64,000 nt of DNA, taken from positions 128,001 to 192,000 of the forward strand of contig JAWBYA010000001.1 in NCBI GenBank assembly GCA_038867615.1. The letters are read 5' to 3'. Shown here in pieces: positions 20,712 through 31,078 of the stretch. Source of the stretch: Sulfolobales archaeon (GTDB lineage Archaea; Thermoproteota; Thermoprotei_A; Sulfolobales; AG1). The notes under the pieces are model-generated. The model saw only the letters and a list, made by a program, of their open reading frames with translations, did no database searches and was not told the origin of the DNA. The stretch's first letter is position 1; each line of letters opens with the position of its first letter. The translations under genes and the position numbers were made by a program.

Positions 20712-22115
20712 CTAGCCTGCTTTGATCTCTTTAGATATGCTTGCCACTTCCTCCTCAAAGATCTCTAACCCGGCCTCTAGATGTTTCTTGCTTATCACAA
20801 GAGGTGCCATGAATCTCATCACATTGCCATAATGGCCGCATGTGTGCATTAGCAATCCTCTCTGGAATAGCCTTTTCCTGAGATCTTGTGCGATCTTCTC
20901 GCCAGGCTCTTTTGTCCTCTTACTCTTGACAAGCTCGACACCTATCATGAACCCTATCCCTCTAACATCGCCTACGATTTCGTATCTCTCCATCATCTCT
21001 CTAAATCTATTTATAGTATGGTCTCCAAGGTTGCTTGCCCTCTCAAGCAGGTTTCTCGACCTTATATAGTCTATAACAGCGCTTCCCGCAGCAAGACCAA
21101 GCGGGTTCGCCCTATAGGTTCCTAGGTGGAACATCTCTTCAAGCTTTTCATCGAGATCCTCTCTATAGGCTACAAAGGATATCGGTATCCCCCCACCGAT
21201 GGCTTTAGAGATTGTCATTATATCTGGGGTTATCCCGAAATGCTCTACAGCCCACCATCTGCCTGTTCTCCCAACGCCCGACTGGATCTCGTCTGCTATG
21301 AGCAGAACCCCGTGTTTATCAGCGATCTCTCTCAATCCCTTCAGGAAATCCCTAGGTGGTACTATATAGCCGCCCTCACCCTCTATAGGTTCGAAAACTA
21401 TTGCACCTACATCGCCAACACCGCTGTAGGGGTCGCTTAGGAGATGCTCTATATAGCTCAGAACCATGTAGCCACACTCCTCAGGATCTTTAGCAGGCAT
21501 GGGACACCTATATGGATATGGGTAGGGGATCCTGACCACATTGACCAGAGGCATGCTTGAGAGCCTCTGGAGGCCTCTCTTAGCCGTCGCCATAACCGCC
21601 CCCTGGTGAACCCCGTGGTATGCCCCCTCGAAAGCCATGATCACTGGCTTCTTAGAAGCCCACCTAGCTATAGCTATAGCTGCCTCCACAGCGCTAGCTC
21701 CAGTAACTGAGGTGATCACCCTAGCCTTGCCCCTAAGACCTGGGGGTAGTATTGAGTGTAGGTTCTTGAGAAACCTAATCCTAGCCTCGCTGGGGATCTC
21801 ACTAATCCAGTGGACATATCTATCTATCTGCTCCTTAATAGCGCTGACGACATGGGGATTGTTATGACCAACATTGAGTACCGCTATACCAGCTACCCAA
21901 TCAACATAGTAGTTACCATCAACATCCCTTATAGTGGCGCCCCTTGCAGAGTCTATCGCGAACTCGAAAACCTTGGGATATATAAGCGTCCTAGTCTCAA
22001 GAGATCTTTGCTCCCTCAAGATCTCAAGGGATTTAGGGCCTGGAGGTCTCACAATAATTTTCGGTGCTTCCGAGTAACTCAGCGAATCAAACTCCTCCTC
22101 CAAGCGGAACACCAT
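20712..22115 (-). CDS. Class III PLP aminotransferase (4-aminobutyrate aminotransferase-like)
   Basis: FEGAYHG, EPIEGEGG, ADEIQSGVGRTG, SKAIGGG. Confidence 0.9.
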   Translation of the reverse strand: MVFRLEEEFDSLSYSEAPKIIVRPPGPKSLEILREQRSLETRTLIYPKVFEFAIDSARGATIRDVDGNYYVDWVAGIAVLNVGHNNPHVVSAIKEQIDRYVHWISEIPSEARIRFLKNLHSILPPGLRGKARVITSVTGASAVEAAIAIARWASKKPVIMAFEGAYHGVHQGAVMATAKRGLQRLSSMPLVNVVRIPYPYPYRCPMPAKDPEECGYMVLSYIEHLLSDPYSGVGDVGAIVFEPIEGEGGYIVPPRDFLKGLREIADKHGVLLIADEIQSGVGRTGRWWAVEHFGITPDIMTISKAIGGGIPISFVAYREDLDEKLEEMFHLGTYRANPLGLAAGSAVIDYIRSRNLLERASNLGDHTINRFREMMERYEIVGDVRGIGFMIGVELVKSKRTKEPGEKIAQDLRKRLFQRGLLMHTCGHYGNVMRFMAPLVISKKHLEAGLEIFEEEVASISKEIKAG

Positions 22116-22281
22116 GTAAAATACTGTTTAGAATAATATATCTTGGAGGTTCTGTTCGAGAACCTGGAGAACAACATACTAGACCACGGGATGTAATTAA
22201 GCTAATGCGCCTCTATGGTAGATGATCAAACAATATATTATCTATTTTCTTCTTTTTCTTATTCTTTTTCTTTTCCATCTC

Positions 22282-22440
22282 TTATTGATGCTGGTATGTG
22301 TAGCTTCCAAGCCTCGAATCTATCCTGTTTTCTATTATTGTGAATCTCCTTCCGAGTCAATATATCATATACCCAAGAGTAGCTAGAATCGGTATCAAAG
22401 CACCAAGAATACTTATTAATAGCATGGTCTCTTTGGGCAT
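22282..22440 (-). pseudogene. Degraded remnant of a membrane-anchored coiled-coil family gene
   Basis: Translates MPKETMLLISILGALIPILATLGYMIY*LGRRFTIIENRIDSR; in-frame TGA at 22357-22359 where TGG would give YWLGRRF; TATA-like element upstream. Confidence 0.45.
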
Positions 22441-22553
22441 AGTCTCATTATTAGGGTTGATGAGTCTCTTATATATAATGACTATGTAGTCCCTCGTGCT
22501 CTACATCTTTTCAAATGGGTTTATCGAGATCGATACATAGGAGAGATCTGATC

Positions 22554-23558
22554 TTAAACAAATTTTATTCTCAATTCCGGTTTTGAATCGCTTATCCCCA
22601 GGATCTTTTTCACTTCTTCCGCCATGCTTCTAGCCAGTGGTGGTGGTACTGCCTCTCCCACCTGGTTGAACTGGTCGTCTTTTCCCCCCATGAATACGTG
22701 ATCGTCTGGGAAGCCCATGAGTCTTGCCTGCTCCCTTACTGTAAGGATCCTATCTTCGTATGGGTGTATAAACCTTGATGACCCCATAACTGTTGGTGCT
22801 ATGTCGTTTGGATCTAATCTTATGTAGTTTGGAAGCATTCTACCGCCTGCTCCTTCGTAGAGGTATAGCGATCTCCCCTTACGGATCTTTGAGATCTTCC
22901 TCATCTTCCTAGCAGAGATGCTTATATATTCATGGTTGGGGATACTACCATCTCCAGGAGGCGGTAGGTCTGCTAGAGCCTCTTCCACAGTGATCCTCTT
23001 ATCACTCTTAGGCGGGTCTATCTTTATATTGGATATGAAGACCCTTGTCCTTTTACTAGGCGTCCCATGCTCCTCGGCTTTGAGCACGTTGAAATAGATC
23101 TCTGGATAGCCAGATCTTCTGAAAAGATCCTCTATAGCTTCTTTTATGGGGCTATGCATTATTGCTGGGACATTCTCCATTATAAACACCTCTGGCTCTA
23201 GCTCGGATACGATTCTTATGAAGTGGAGTACAAGCTTACCCATGGGGTCTTTGTATAGCCTGTCAAGGGGTTCTTTCATCCTCTCCGGGTTAGCCCCTGT
23301 GAATGGCTCGCACGGAGGGCCTCCTATGATTATCCTCGGCCTCGCACCAAGTATAGATATTATATCACCGGGATCTATCTCCTGGATATCTTCTTGGAGA
23401 GCAACAGCTCCTGGGAAGTTAGCCTTGAAGGATCTTATAGCGTTCCTATCGCTATCAATACCCATGATTATCTCAAAACCAGCATCTGCGAAACCCCTTG
23501 AAAAACCCCCGGCTCCTGAGAATAGGTCAAGAACCCCTGTTATAAAGCCTCTTCTCAT
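22554..23558 (-). CDS. C5 cytosine DNA methyltransferase (orphan)
   Basis: DLFSGAGG, GGPPCEPF, ENVP, R.RVF, LTVREQARLMGFPDD, QVGEAVPP; overlaps the 3' end of tfe. Confidence 0.92.
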   Translation of the reverse strand: MRRGFITGVLDLFSGAGGFSRGFADAGFEIIMGIDSDRNAIRSFKANFPGAVALQEDIQEIDPGDIISILGARPRIIIGGPPCEPFTGANPERMKEPLDRLYKDPMGKLVLHFIRIVSELEPEVFIMENVPAIMHSPIKEAIEDLFRRSGYPEIYFNVLKAEEHGTPSKRTRVFISNIKIDPPKSDKRITVEEALADLPPPGDGSIPNHEYISISARKMRKISKIRKGRSLYLYEGAGGRMLPNYIRLDPNDIAPTVMGSSRFIHPYEDRILTVREQARLMGFPDDHVFMGGKDDQFNQVGEAVPPPLARSMAEEVKKILGISDSKPELRIKFV

Positions 23559-24102
23559 CGGCCTCAACACTCCTTCTAAGCCTCTCCACAAGCTCTTTCA
23601 AGCTCTTCACGGTCATAGCGTTATTAACTGGCTCTAGCTGTGCACCGCATCTGGGGCATTTAAAGTCATTAATCATTGCATCATCGAATGAGAATCGTTC
23701 TTTCTCACTGCTGCAGGAGCTGCATTGGAAGATATATGTCTCCTCATACTTCAACCTCTCCGCGAGCTTGTTAAGAACAGTCTTCTTTCTCGAGATAAGG
23801 ATCTGGGGTAGATATTCTGTGTTAGCCCTCCAGAAGTATATGTAATAACCAGTCTCCCTATCCCTAACCCTCCTCGAGGTCACGAACCCGTGTTCCGAGA
23901 GTTTGTAGAGTATTCTCCTCACCTCGCTAACATGTAATCCAGCGTATATTGCAAGGTCCTCGTCCTGAACCTCTCTACCTATTTTTAAAAGCGTTTCGAA
24001 AACGAGCTTCGAGGTCTCGCCAAAAGTGCTCTTTATTATGCTCATTATGGCCTCCATGCTAGCGCTTCTAGGCTTCTCCCCCATGTTTTTTCCAGACACC
24101 AC
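23527..24102 (-). CDS. tfe: Transcription factor E (alpha)
   Basis: Winged helix EVRRILYKL...YYIYFW plus Zn ribbon CSSC...CPRCG. Confidence 0.92.
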   Translation of the reverse strand: MVSGKNMGEKPRSASMEAIMSIIKSTFGETSKLVFETLLKIGREVQDEDLAIYAGLHVSEVRRILYKLSEHGFVTSRRVRDRETGYYIYFWRANTEYLPQILISRKKTVLNKLAERLKYEETYIFQCSSCSSEKERFSFDDAMINDFKCPRCGAQLEPVNNAMTVKSLKELVERLRRSVEADEKRLYNRGS

Positions 24103-24213
24103 AAAATATGATCCCTAGGAGAATAATATAATTTAACACCAAATAGTTCTCAGGATCGTTATGACCGTATTAATATTTTATTATTAAGATAGAGATAGAT
24201 TGGAGATAAAACC

Positions 24214-25968
24214 ATGTCCTACAGCGAGATTGTCTCGATCGTGGAGGAGATAGTCAGGCTCCCGAGCTATATGGTTATCGGGGTCTCCAGTGGTAAGAAG
24301 CTTATATACGCATCCACACAGGAGGGGTCTATGGATCTATACTCACTCGATCTCGAGACGGGTGAGAGGATCAGGCTAACAAGTGGTGAGAGGATCCTCT
24401 CAGCAGCTGCAGATGAGGACTCGAGGCTATTTGTATATACCCGTGATGTTGCAGCAGGTAAGGAGCTAGCAACAGTTGTTTTCGCAAACCCAGAGACTGG
24501 GGAGAAGATCGAGGTAGAGGGCTTCAAACCAACAAGGATCCTCGGGCTAGCGCTGGATGGAGAGAGGGCGGCTTTTTCAGGGGTAGTCGAGGGCGGTACT
24601 GGCGTGTGGATCGCAAGGCCTGGTGAGAAGGCTGAGATGATCCAGAAGCTCTCCGGAGCCTCCTTCGTATCAAGCATAATGGGGGATCTTGTGGCTGGTG
24701 CTGGCTGGCTTGCCGGGGATGCTAGATCCTCAGAGATCTTCATACTAGATATACCTAGCGGTAAGCTCAACATATATACCCCCAAAAAGGGTTCGAGCAA
24801 CACAGGACCGGTGATCAGTAGGAGTGGGAGACTGCTTTTCGCATCAAACTACGCCGGATCCTACAGGCTATATACCTTAGATCCTAAGGGTATGGTGTTA
24901 GAGCCTTTGAGAACCTCCTACACAGATCATCTGAGGCATAGGGTAGCCGAATATATATACTACGACTGGCTTGATGACGAGAAGACATGGTTCTTGGGGA
25001 AGAGGGATGGTAGGGTTAGGCTTTATGTCGATGGGAGAGAGATCCCGCTACCCCCAGGCTATAGCGGTTCGGCCACATACTATAGAGCTGGTAAGAGGTT
25101 TATTCTCGCGAGATCTTCTCTTACATCGCCACCCAGAATAATTAGCGTCGGTCTTGAGGGCGGTTATAGTGATATAGCTGGTTCGAGACTCTCGCGGAAC
25201 GTTGCTAGAAGGCTTGGGAGGGTTTATTTCACCAGGATAAGGAGCTTCGACGGGTTGGAGATACCTACGTTCGTTATAGAGAGCCGAGTAGCTCCTAGAC
25301 CGGGACCCACAGTGATCTATGTCCACGGCGGTCCGTGGTGGGAGGTGCCAGATATGTGGAGTGGTACGATAGCATCTCTCGTGGCAAGTGGTTACCATGT
25401 TGTAGCGCCTAACTTCAGGGGTTCTACGGGCTATGGTGAGGAGTTCAGGAGACTCGATATAGGTGATCCTGGGGGAGGCGATCTAATGGATGTGGTTTAT
25501 GCAGCTAGATGGGCTAGGGAGAGGGGGCTTGCGAGTAAGGTAGCAATCTATGGCTATAGCTATGGCGGTTTTATGGGTGTCTGGGCCTCTGTTAAAGAGC
25601 CCGATGTCTGGGACGCGGCTGTAGCAGGTGCTTCTGTTCCTGACTGGGAGGAGATGTACGAGCTTGGCGACTATGTATTTAAACAATTCGCTCTACTTCT
25701 CTTCGACGGTAAGAGGGATCTGTGGAAAGAAAGATCCGCTATAAACTATGCTGAAAGGCTAAAGGCACCACTATGCCTTATACATCCCCAGAACGATACC
25801 AGAACGCCTCTAAGGCCCGTGCTTAGATATGCTCAGAGGCTTCTCGAGCTTGGGAAGAGGTTCGAGCTACACGTGATCCCCGATATGGGGCATTATGTGA
25901 TAGATGTTAAGAGTGCGATGGAGATACTCCTACCAGGGATCATGTTCCTTAAGAAAAACCTTGGCTAG
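24214..25968 (+). CDS. S9 acylaminoacyl-peptidase / prolyl oligopeptidase family
   Basis: HGGP, NFRGSTGYG, GYSYGG, QNDTRTP, GH triad; N-terminal beta-propeller. Confidence 0.92.
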   Translation: MSYSEIVSIVEEIVRLPSYMVIGVSSGKKLIYASTQEGSMDLYSLDLETGERIRLTSGERILSAAADEDSRLFVYTRDVAAGKELATVVFANPETGEKIEVEGFKPTRILGLALDGERAAFSGVVEGGTGVWIARPGEKAEMIQKLSGASFVSSIMGDLVAGAGWLAGDARSSEIFILDIPSGKLNIYTPKKGSSNTGPVISRSGRLLFASNYAGSYRLYTLDPKGMVLEPLRTSYTDHLRHRVAEYIYYDWLDDEKTWFLGKRDGRVRLYVDGREIPLPPGYSGSATYYRAGKRFILARSSLTSPPRIISVGLEGGYSDIAGSRLSRNVARRLGRVYFTRIRSFDGLEIPTFVIESRVAPRPGPTVIYVHGGPWWEVPDMWSGTIASLVASGYHVVAPNFRGSTGYGEEFRRLDIGDPGGGDLMDVVYAARWARERGLASKVAIYGYSYGGFMGVWASVKEPDVWDAAVAGASVPDWEEMYELGDYVFKQFALLLFDGKRDLWKERSAINYAERLKAPLCLIHPQNDTRTPLRPVLRYAQRLLELGKRFELHVIPDMGHYVIDVKSAMEILLPGIMFLKKNLG

Positions 25969-25990
25969 TATTGCTAGTTCTTCAGGTTTG

Positions 25991-26518
25991 CTAGTGTTTT
26001 ATGAGGTATAGTATATGGGGGATCTCTGGCAATATTATCTCAAGCCCTGTTTTTACAGCATCAGGAGACCCTGGGAGCACTATTAATAACTTACCTCTAG
26101 ACACGCCAGCTAAAGCCCGTGTGAGCATCGCTGCAGATCCTATTCTCTGGAAGCTCACAAACCTAAAGATCTCGCCGAAACCCTCTATCTCCTTCTCCAC
26201 CAAGGGCCTTATAGCCTCTATAGTCGAGTCCGTCCTCGAGATCCCTGTACCCCCTGTGGTTATGATTACATCTATATCCTCCCTGCCTAGGAGCTCCTCT
26301 ATTGTTTTCCTAATCTCGATAGGGTCGTCCTTGAGCAGCTTTCTACCAACCAGACTATATCCATGGCTAGTCAGCATTGACACTATTATGTCCCCCGACT
26401 CGTCTCTATAGCCCTCACCCCTCACCATAGCCTCATACCTAGACGTGCTTATAGTAATCTCATAAACCCTAGCGCTTCTCGGTCCGAGCTCTCTATGGAT
26501 CTCGTGTGGGTGTTTCAA
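25991..26518 (-). CDS. moaB: Molybdopterin adenylyltransferase MoaB/MogA
   Basis: DESG, TTGGTG..D.T.EA, GFGE.FR, LPGSP. Confidence 0.9.
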   Translation of the reverse strand: MKHPHEIHRELGPRSARVYEITISTSRYEAMVRGEGYRDESGDIIVSMLTSHGYSLVGRKLLKDDPIEIRKTIEELLGREDIDVIITTGGTGISRTDSTIEAIRPLVEKEIEGFGEIFRFVSFQRIGSAAMLTRALAGVSRGKLLIVLPGSPDAVKTGLEIILPEIPHILYLIKH

Positions 26519-26591
26519 ACTCCCACAATACCTTCATCTCATTAGTAGCTAATATCGCCTTATAGCTTGCAGGCTTGTCTAGGAGGGATCC

Positions 26592-27692
26592 ATGGATTTA
26601 AATATACTTAGATGTATATTTGTTCTTGGTGCTATTATGCCCCGCTATATGATTGCTGATATGCATCAAGATATCTCATACGCTATAAAAACAGGTGGTT
26701 TTGATCCGAGGGTTAATAGAGGTCTTGGTGTAACATTCGATCAGGATCTTGAGGGGAGACATGGTGATATACCTAAATACTCTAGAGGAGGGGTTAGACT
26801 GATCTTCGGAGCAATTTTTCCTGGAAACGCTGTTTGGAGCCCGGTGATCCTTGAGAGGCTTGAGAAGCTATATGGCTCTTGGCACGAATCCCTAGTCCCT
26901 GTGCTAGGATCTCTAGGGGATGTTATAGAACATATACATATATATAGGAATCTTGTTAAGAGATACCAAAATAAGCTCAGGCTTGTAGCAAGACCGGGAG
27001 ACCTGGCTAGGGTTGAGAGCGAGGGTATAGGGATCCTGATTAGTCTCGAGGGCTCGGATCCCGTGGGAAGGCCTGAGGATCTCGAGATCCTCCACATGCT
27101 CGGGGTTAGGAGCCTTACCATAACGTGGAACTATGATAACAGGTATGCCTCGTCATGCAGGTCGCAGAAGGATTACGGGTTGACGGAGAATGGCGAGGAT
27201 CTTGTGAGGATAGCTAACGAGCTCGGGATCATACTCGATATATCGCACGCCGGTAAGAAGACGGCTTTGGATGTGTTATCACTATCAAAACTCCCTGTTA
27301 TAGCTAGCCATTCTAACTATAATGCTGTTCACAAGAGTTTGAGAAACGCTGATGACGAGATCCTCGAGGGTATAAAGAGAAGCGGGGGTGTTATTGGATT
27401 CACCCTGATAACCTCAACCATAGGCGGTAAACCATCTATAGATGATCTCGCTAGACACGTGATAGAGGTTTGGAGACGCTATGGATCAGATATACTAGCA
27501 ATAGGGACGGATTATTTCGGTATAGAGAGAACACCTGAGGGGCTTGAAGACGCCTCTAAACTCCCCAAGCTTCTAGAGAGGCTCGCGGAGCTTGGTATGG
27601 GTGATAACGATCTGAGGAAGATGGCTTGGGAGAATGTTGCGAGGGTCATAAGGGCTCATGAGAATAGATGGGGAGATAGATTGCAGGTATAA
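26592..27692 (+). CDS. Membrane dipeptidase (peptidase M19)
   Basis: DMHQD, SLEG, TWNYDN, DISH, SHSN, GTDYFG; true start probably ATG 26637. Confidence 0.88.
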   Translation: MDLNILRCIFVLGAIMPRYMIADMHQDISYAIKTGGFDPRVNRGLGVTFDQDLEGRHGDIPKYSRGGVRLIFGAIFPGNAVWSPVILERLEKLYGSWHESLVPVLGSLGDVIEHIHIYRNLVKRYQNKLRLVARPGDLARVESEGIGILISLEGSDPVGRPEDLEILHMLGVRSLTITWNYDNRYASSCRSQKDYGLTENGEDLVRIANELGIILDISHAGKKTALDVLSLSKLPVIASHSNYNAVHKSLRNADDEILEGIKRSGGVIGFTLITSTIGGKPSIDDLARHVIEVWRRYGSDILAIGTDYFGIERTPEGLEDASKLPKLLERLAELGMGDNDLRKMAWENVARVIRAHENRWGDRLQV

Positions 27693-28345
27693 TGATGATC
27701 AAGAAGGCTGATCCAGGCCTCGAAGGCTTTAGCATTACTAAAAAGAATCTCGAGAGGATTTTGGAGGAAATACCAGGCTTTAGAAAACCCAAGATCTTTC
27801 TTGAGCAATACCCCACACCCTCGTGGCTTGTAGCAGAGATCGTGTTCACAGCAGCTTTGAAAGGAGATCTTGGTAAAAGAGCCTCCGACCTTGGGTGTGG
27901 AACTGGAAGGATAGCAGCAGCTTTAGCTATAATGGGTGTTGATGAGGTGTTATGTATAGATATATCGTGTGAGGATCTCGTAGATGCTAAGAAGAATCTC
28001 TCAAGGCTAGGGATAGGCGATAGGGTTGAGGTCTTATGCTGGGATCTGTTTCAAGGATCTTTGAGAAGCTTTGGTCTAGCAGTCATGAACCCTCCTTTCG
28101 GTGTTCATAGAAGAGGATCCGATCTGGCCTTTCTGAGAGCAGCCATGAGGGCCTCTAATACTATATACTCGATACATAAATATAACGAGGAGTCCTTGAG
28201 ACTTATAAGAAAGATCTCATCTCAGGAGGGTTTTAACACCGAGGTTCTTGGTATACATAACATGGAGATACCAGCCGTGTTTGAGAGTCATAGGAGAAGG
28301 ATCTATAGATTCCCTGTAATGCTCCTCAGACTCTCCAAGGGGTAA
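27692..28345 (+). CDS. METTL5-like N6-adenine RNA methyltransferase
   Basis: LEQYPTP, DLGCGTG, NPPFG, YSIHK. Confidence 0.85.
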   Translation: MMIKKADPGLEGFSITKKNLERILEEIPGFRKPKIFLEQYPTPSWLVAEIVFTAALKGDLGKRASDLGCGTGRIAAALAIMGVDEVLCIDISCEDLVDAKKNLSRLGIGDRVEVLCWDLFQGSLRSFGLAVMNPPFGVHRRGSDLAFLRAAMRASNTIYSIHKYNEESLRLIRKISSQEGFNTEVLGIHNMEIPAVFESHRRRIYRFPVMLLRLSKG

Positions 28346-28639
28346 ATCACGACTCAGAAGATCTTACTCTAACCATGGTTAGAAACAGAATCATGGATCT
28401 TGGCGTGGCGCTATAAAGTTTCTTTCATCAAGATCCGTATTATAGCCTTTACTCATTTGAAGCATTCGGATCCATAGCTCTCCATCGATTGCTGTGGGAA
28501 ACATATATCTTGGCTTATTTTGGATGATGCAGTTTACCAGGATCGGGTTTCTAGAGCTTTAGAAAATCCTAGGGATCATTACTGTTATAGAATCTTCTTT
28601 CTTTTATTCTGCTCAACAGGACTAACTATCGGTGATGTC

Positions 28640-29620
28640 TTGAGAGTCGGCTTCTATGGTTTTGGTGCTATAGGTAGGCTTGCTGTAAGGCTTGCTCTAA
28701 AGAGGGGCTATGAGGTTGTAGGAGTTGTTGATATCGATAAAAACATTCTTGGCAAAGACGTTGGCGATGTACTCGGTGTGGGGAGTATTGGTGTTAAGAT
28801 TACTAGCGACATATCATCCCTCATGGGTGCTGATGTGGCTATACATGCCACAGGATCCTATCTAGATAGGGTTTTTGACCAGATAGCGTCTATTGCCAGG
28901 CTTGGTGTGGATGTTGTATCAACGTGCGAAACCCTCTCCTACCCATATTATAGATACCCAGTGCTTGGTACGAGACTTGACGAGATTGCTAAGAGATATG
29001 GTGTAGCTATTATCGGTGCTGGAATCAACCCTGGCTTTCTCTTCGACACGCTAGTGGTAACGATCGCGGCCTCGCAACCTGCTGTTAAAAAGATAAGGGT
29101 TATTAGATCCCTTGATGCTGCTAAGAGGAGAGAGCCTTTTAGGAAGAAGGTCGGTGTTGGGGAGGATCCTGTGGTTTTCGGAGAGAAGCTCGCTAGGGGC
29201 GAGGTCACGGGGCATGTTGGTTATGCAGAATCTATATACCTAGTAGCACTGGCGGGAGATCTGAATCTCACCAGGGTTGTTGAGGCTCAGAAACCAGTCA
29301 TAGCAGAGGATTCTGTGGAGTCCCACGGTGTTAGGGTTGAGAAGGGGAGGAATAGGGGTGTGATTGGATATGGATCAGGCTATGTTGGTGATGAGGAGAT
29401 CATAAGGGTTGAGTTCCACGCATATGTAGGTGCTCCTGAGTATGAGGAGATCTCTATCGAGGGGGAGGATACGGGTATTGTTTGGAGGAGTAGTGGGACA
29501 CACGGGGATCTGGGGACCGTGTCTGTGGTTTTAAACGTTGCGGAGAGGATCCATACTTTACCTCCTGGGCTTAACCTTATAACAGAGCTCCTCCCATTCA
29601 AGATCAGGTTCCAGAGGTAA
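28640..29620 (+). CDS. 2,4-diaminopentanoate dehydrogenase / DapB-like NAD(P)-dependent amine dehydrogenase family
   Basis: GFGAIG, VVSTCE, GINPGF..D, GHVG..ES, GD.GT; GGTGA RBS before TTG 28640. Confidence 0.8.
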   Translation: MRVGFYGFGAIGRLAVRLALKRGYEVVGVVDIDKNILGKDVGDVLGVGSIGVKITSDISSLMGADVAIHATGSYLDRVFDQIASIARLGVDVVSTCETLSYPYYRYPVLGTRLDEIAKRYGVAIIGAGINPGFLFDTLVVTIAASQPAVKKIRVIRSLDAAKRREPFRKKVGVGEDPVVFGEKLARGEVTGHVGYAESIYLVALAGDLNLTRVVEAQKPVIAEDSVESHGVRVEKGRNRGVIGYGSGYVGDEEIIRVEFHAYVGAPEYEEISIEGEDTGIVWRSSGTHGDLGTVSVVLNVAERIHTLPPGLNLITELLPFKIRFQR

Positions 29621-29625
29621 TTGCT

Positions 29626-31002
29626 ATGAGCACCCCTGTGGATGAGGAGGCTCTTAAGAGGATCTCTGCAGGGCTTGAGAAGATATATGTAGAGAGGACT
29701 AGGAGGAGTAGAGAGCTCTTCGAAAGGGCATACAGGATCCTCCCAGGGGGTGTTACATATACTGTTAGGTTTATGAAGCCCTACCCACCCTATATAGAGA
29801 GGGCTGATGGAACCAGGGTATGGGATATAGATGGTAACGAGTATATCGATTTCTGGATGGGTCATGGAACCCATATCCTCGGACATAGACCCAGACTAGT
29901 TATAGACGCTGTTCTAGAGGCTATGGGGAAGGCTACTCATATAGGGTTTGAGAACCCATATGCTGTAGAATATGCCGAGCTCCTCTCTAGAGTGGTTCCA
30001 GGGCTTGAGATGGTTAGGTTCGCTAACAGCGGGACAGAGGCTAATATGTATGTATTAAGACTTGCTAGAGCATATACCAAGAGGAAATATGTGATCAAGA
30101 TCGAAGGTGGATGGCACGGCGGGTTCGACCCGCTCCATGTAGCAGTAACACCTCCCTTCACAGGCCCTGAATCAGCCGGGCTCCTAGAAGAGATCACTAG
30201 ACAGACTATAGCTGTTCCCTTCAACGATCTCGACGCTGTGGAGCAGGCTTTGAAGAAGCACGAGGTAGCGGCCATAATAGTTGAGCCTGTCCTCGGTGCT
30301 GGTGGGTGTATAGAGCCTCTTGAGGGTTATCTGAAGGGTTTGAGGGATCTCTCGCATAGATACGAATCTCTATTGATCTTCGATGAGGTTATAACAGGAT
30401 TCAGACTAGCCCCGGGAGGCGCTCAAGAGTATTTCGGGGTAAGGGCAGATCTCGTGGTGCTTGGAAAAATAGTTGGTGGAGGCTTTGCTGGGGCAGGCGC
30501 TTTTGGCGGCAGGGCTGAGATCATGGAGCTCCTAGATCATATAAAATACAAAGATCCGAGATCCAGATCCTTCCATGGCGGGACATTCGTCGGCAACCCA
30601 ATAAACATGGCCGCTGGCCGTGCTATGGTTAGGCATCTCTCGCAAAACAGATCTCTATATGAGAGGGCTAACAACATGTGGAGTAGTTTTAGAAGAAAGG
30701 TGGATAGAGTGTGCGAGGAGCATGGCAATATATGCTGGACAACAGGTGCGGGAACAATGGTCGGGATCCACTTCACAAGGGCAAGGCCGAGAAATAGTAG
30801 GGATGTTTATGAGCTTAGATGGAGCAAGACGGGGGAGATGGAGTACCTGTTCCACCTATACTCAAGGATCAATGGTATCCTATACGTTGGTGAAAAGCTA
30901 GCCCACCTGCTACCCTCGCTCATCCATAGCGAGGAAGAGATCGGGAAGCTCTCATCACTATTAGAAGAGCTTCTAGCTAGAGTTGCTAGAGGATCTGGCT
31001 AG
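29626..31002 (+). CDS. Glutamate-1-semialdehyde 2,1-aminomutase-like class III aminotransferase
   Basis: PGGV, NSGTEA, GGWHG, FDEVITGFR, GKIVGGG, GTFVGNP. Confidence 0.85.
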   Translation: MSTPVDEEALKRISAGLEKIYVERTRRSRELFERAYRILPGGVTYTVRFMKPYPPYIERADGTRVWDIDGNEYIDFWMGHGTHILGHRPRLVIDAVLEAMGKATHIGFENPYAVEYAELLSRVVPGLEMVRFANSGTEANMYVLRLARAYTKRKYVIKIEGGWHGGFDPLHVAVTPPFTGPESAGLLEEITRQTIAVPFNDLDAVEQALKKHEVAAIIVEPVLGAGGCIEPLEGYLKGLRDLSHRYESLLIFDEVITGFRLAPGGAQEYFGVRADLVVLGKIVGGGFAGAGAFGGRAEIMELLDHIKYKDPRSRSFHGGTFVGNPINMAAGRAMVRHLSQNRSLYERANNMWSSFRRKVDRVCEEHGNICWTTGAGTMVGIHFTRARPRNSRDVYELRWSKTGEMEYLFHLYSRINGILYVGEKLAHLLPSLIHSEEEIGKLSSLLEELLARVARGSG

Positions 31003-31078
31003 AAGGCTATACGATAACAAAGCAGTGATTACTTGTTTCTACAGATTCGGTGAAAACCGCTGTCTATGATTCTTATTG

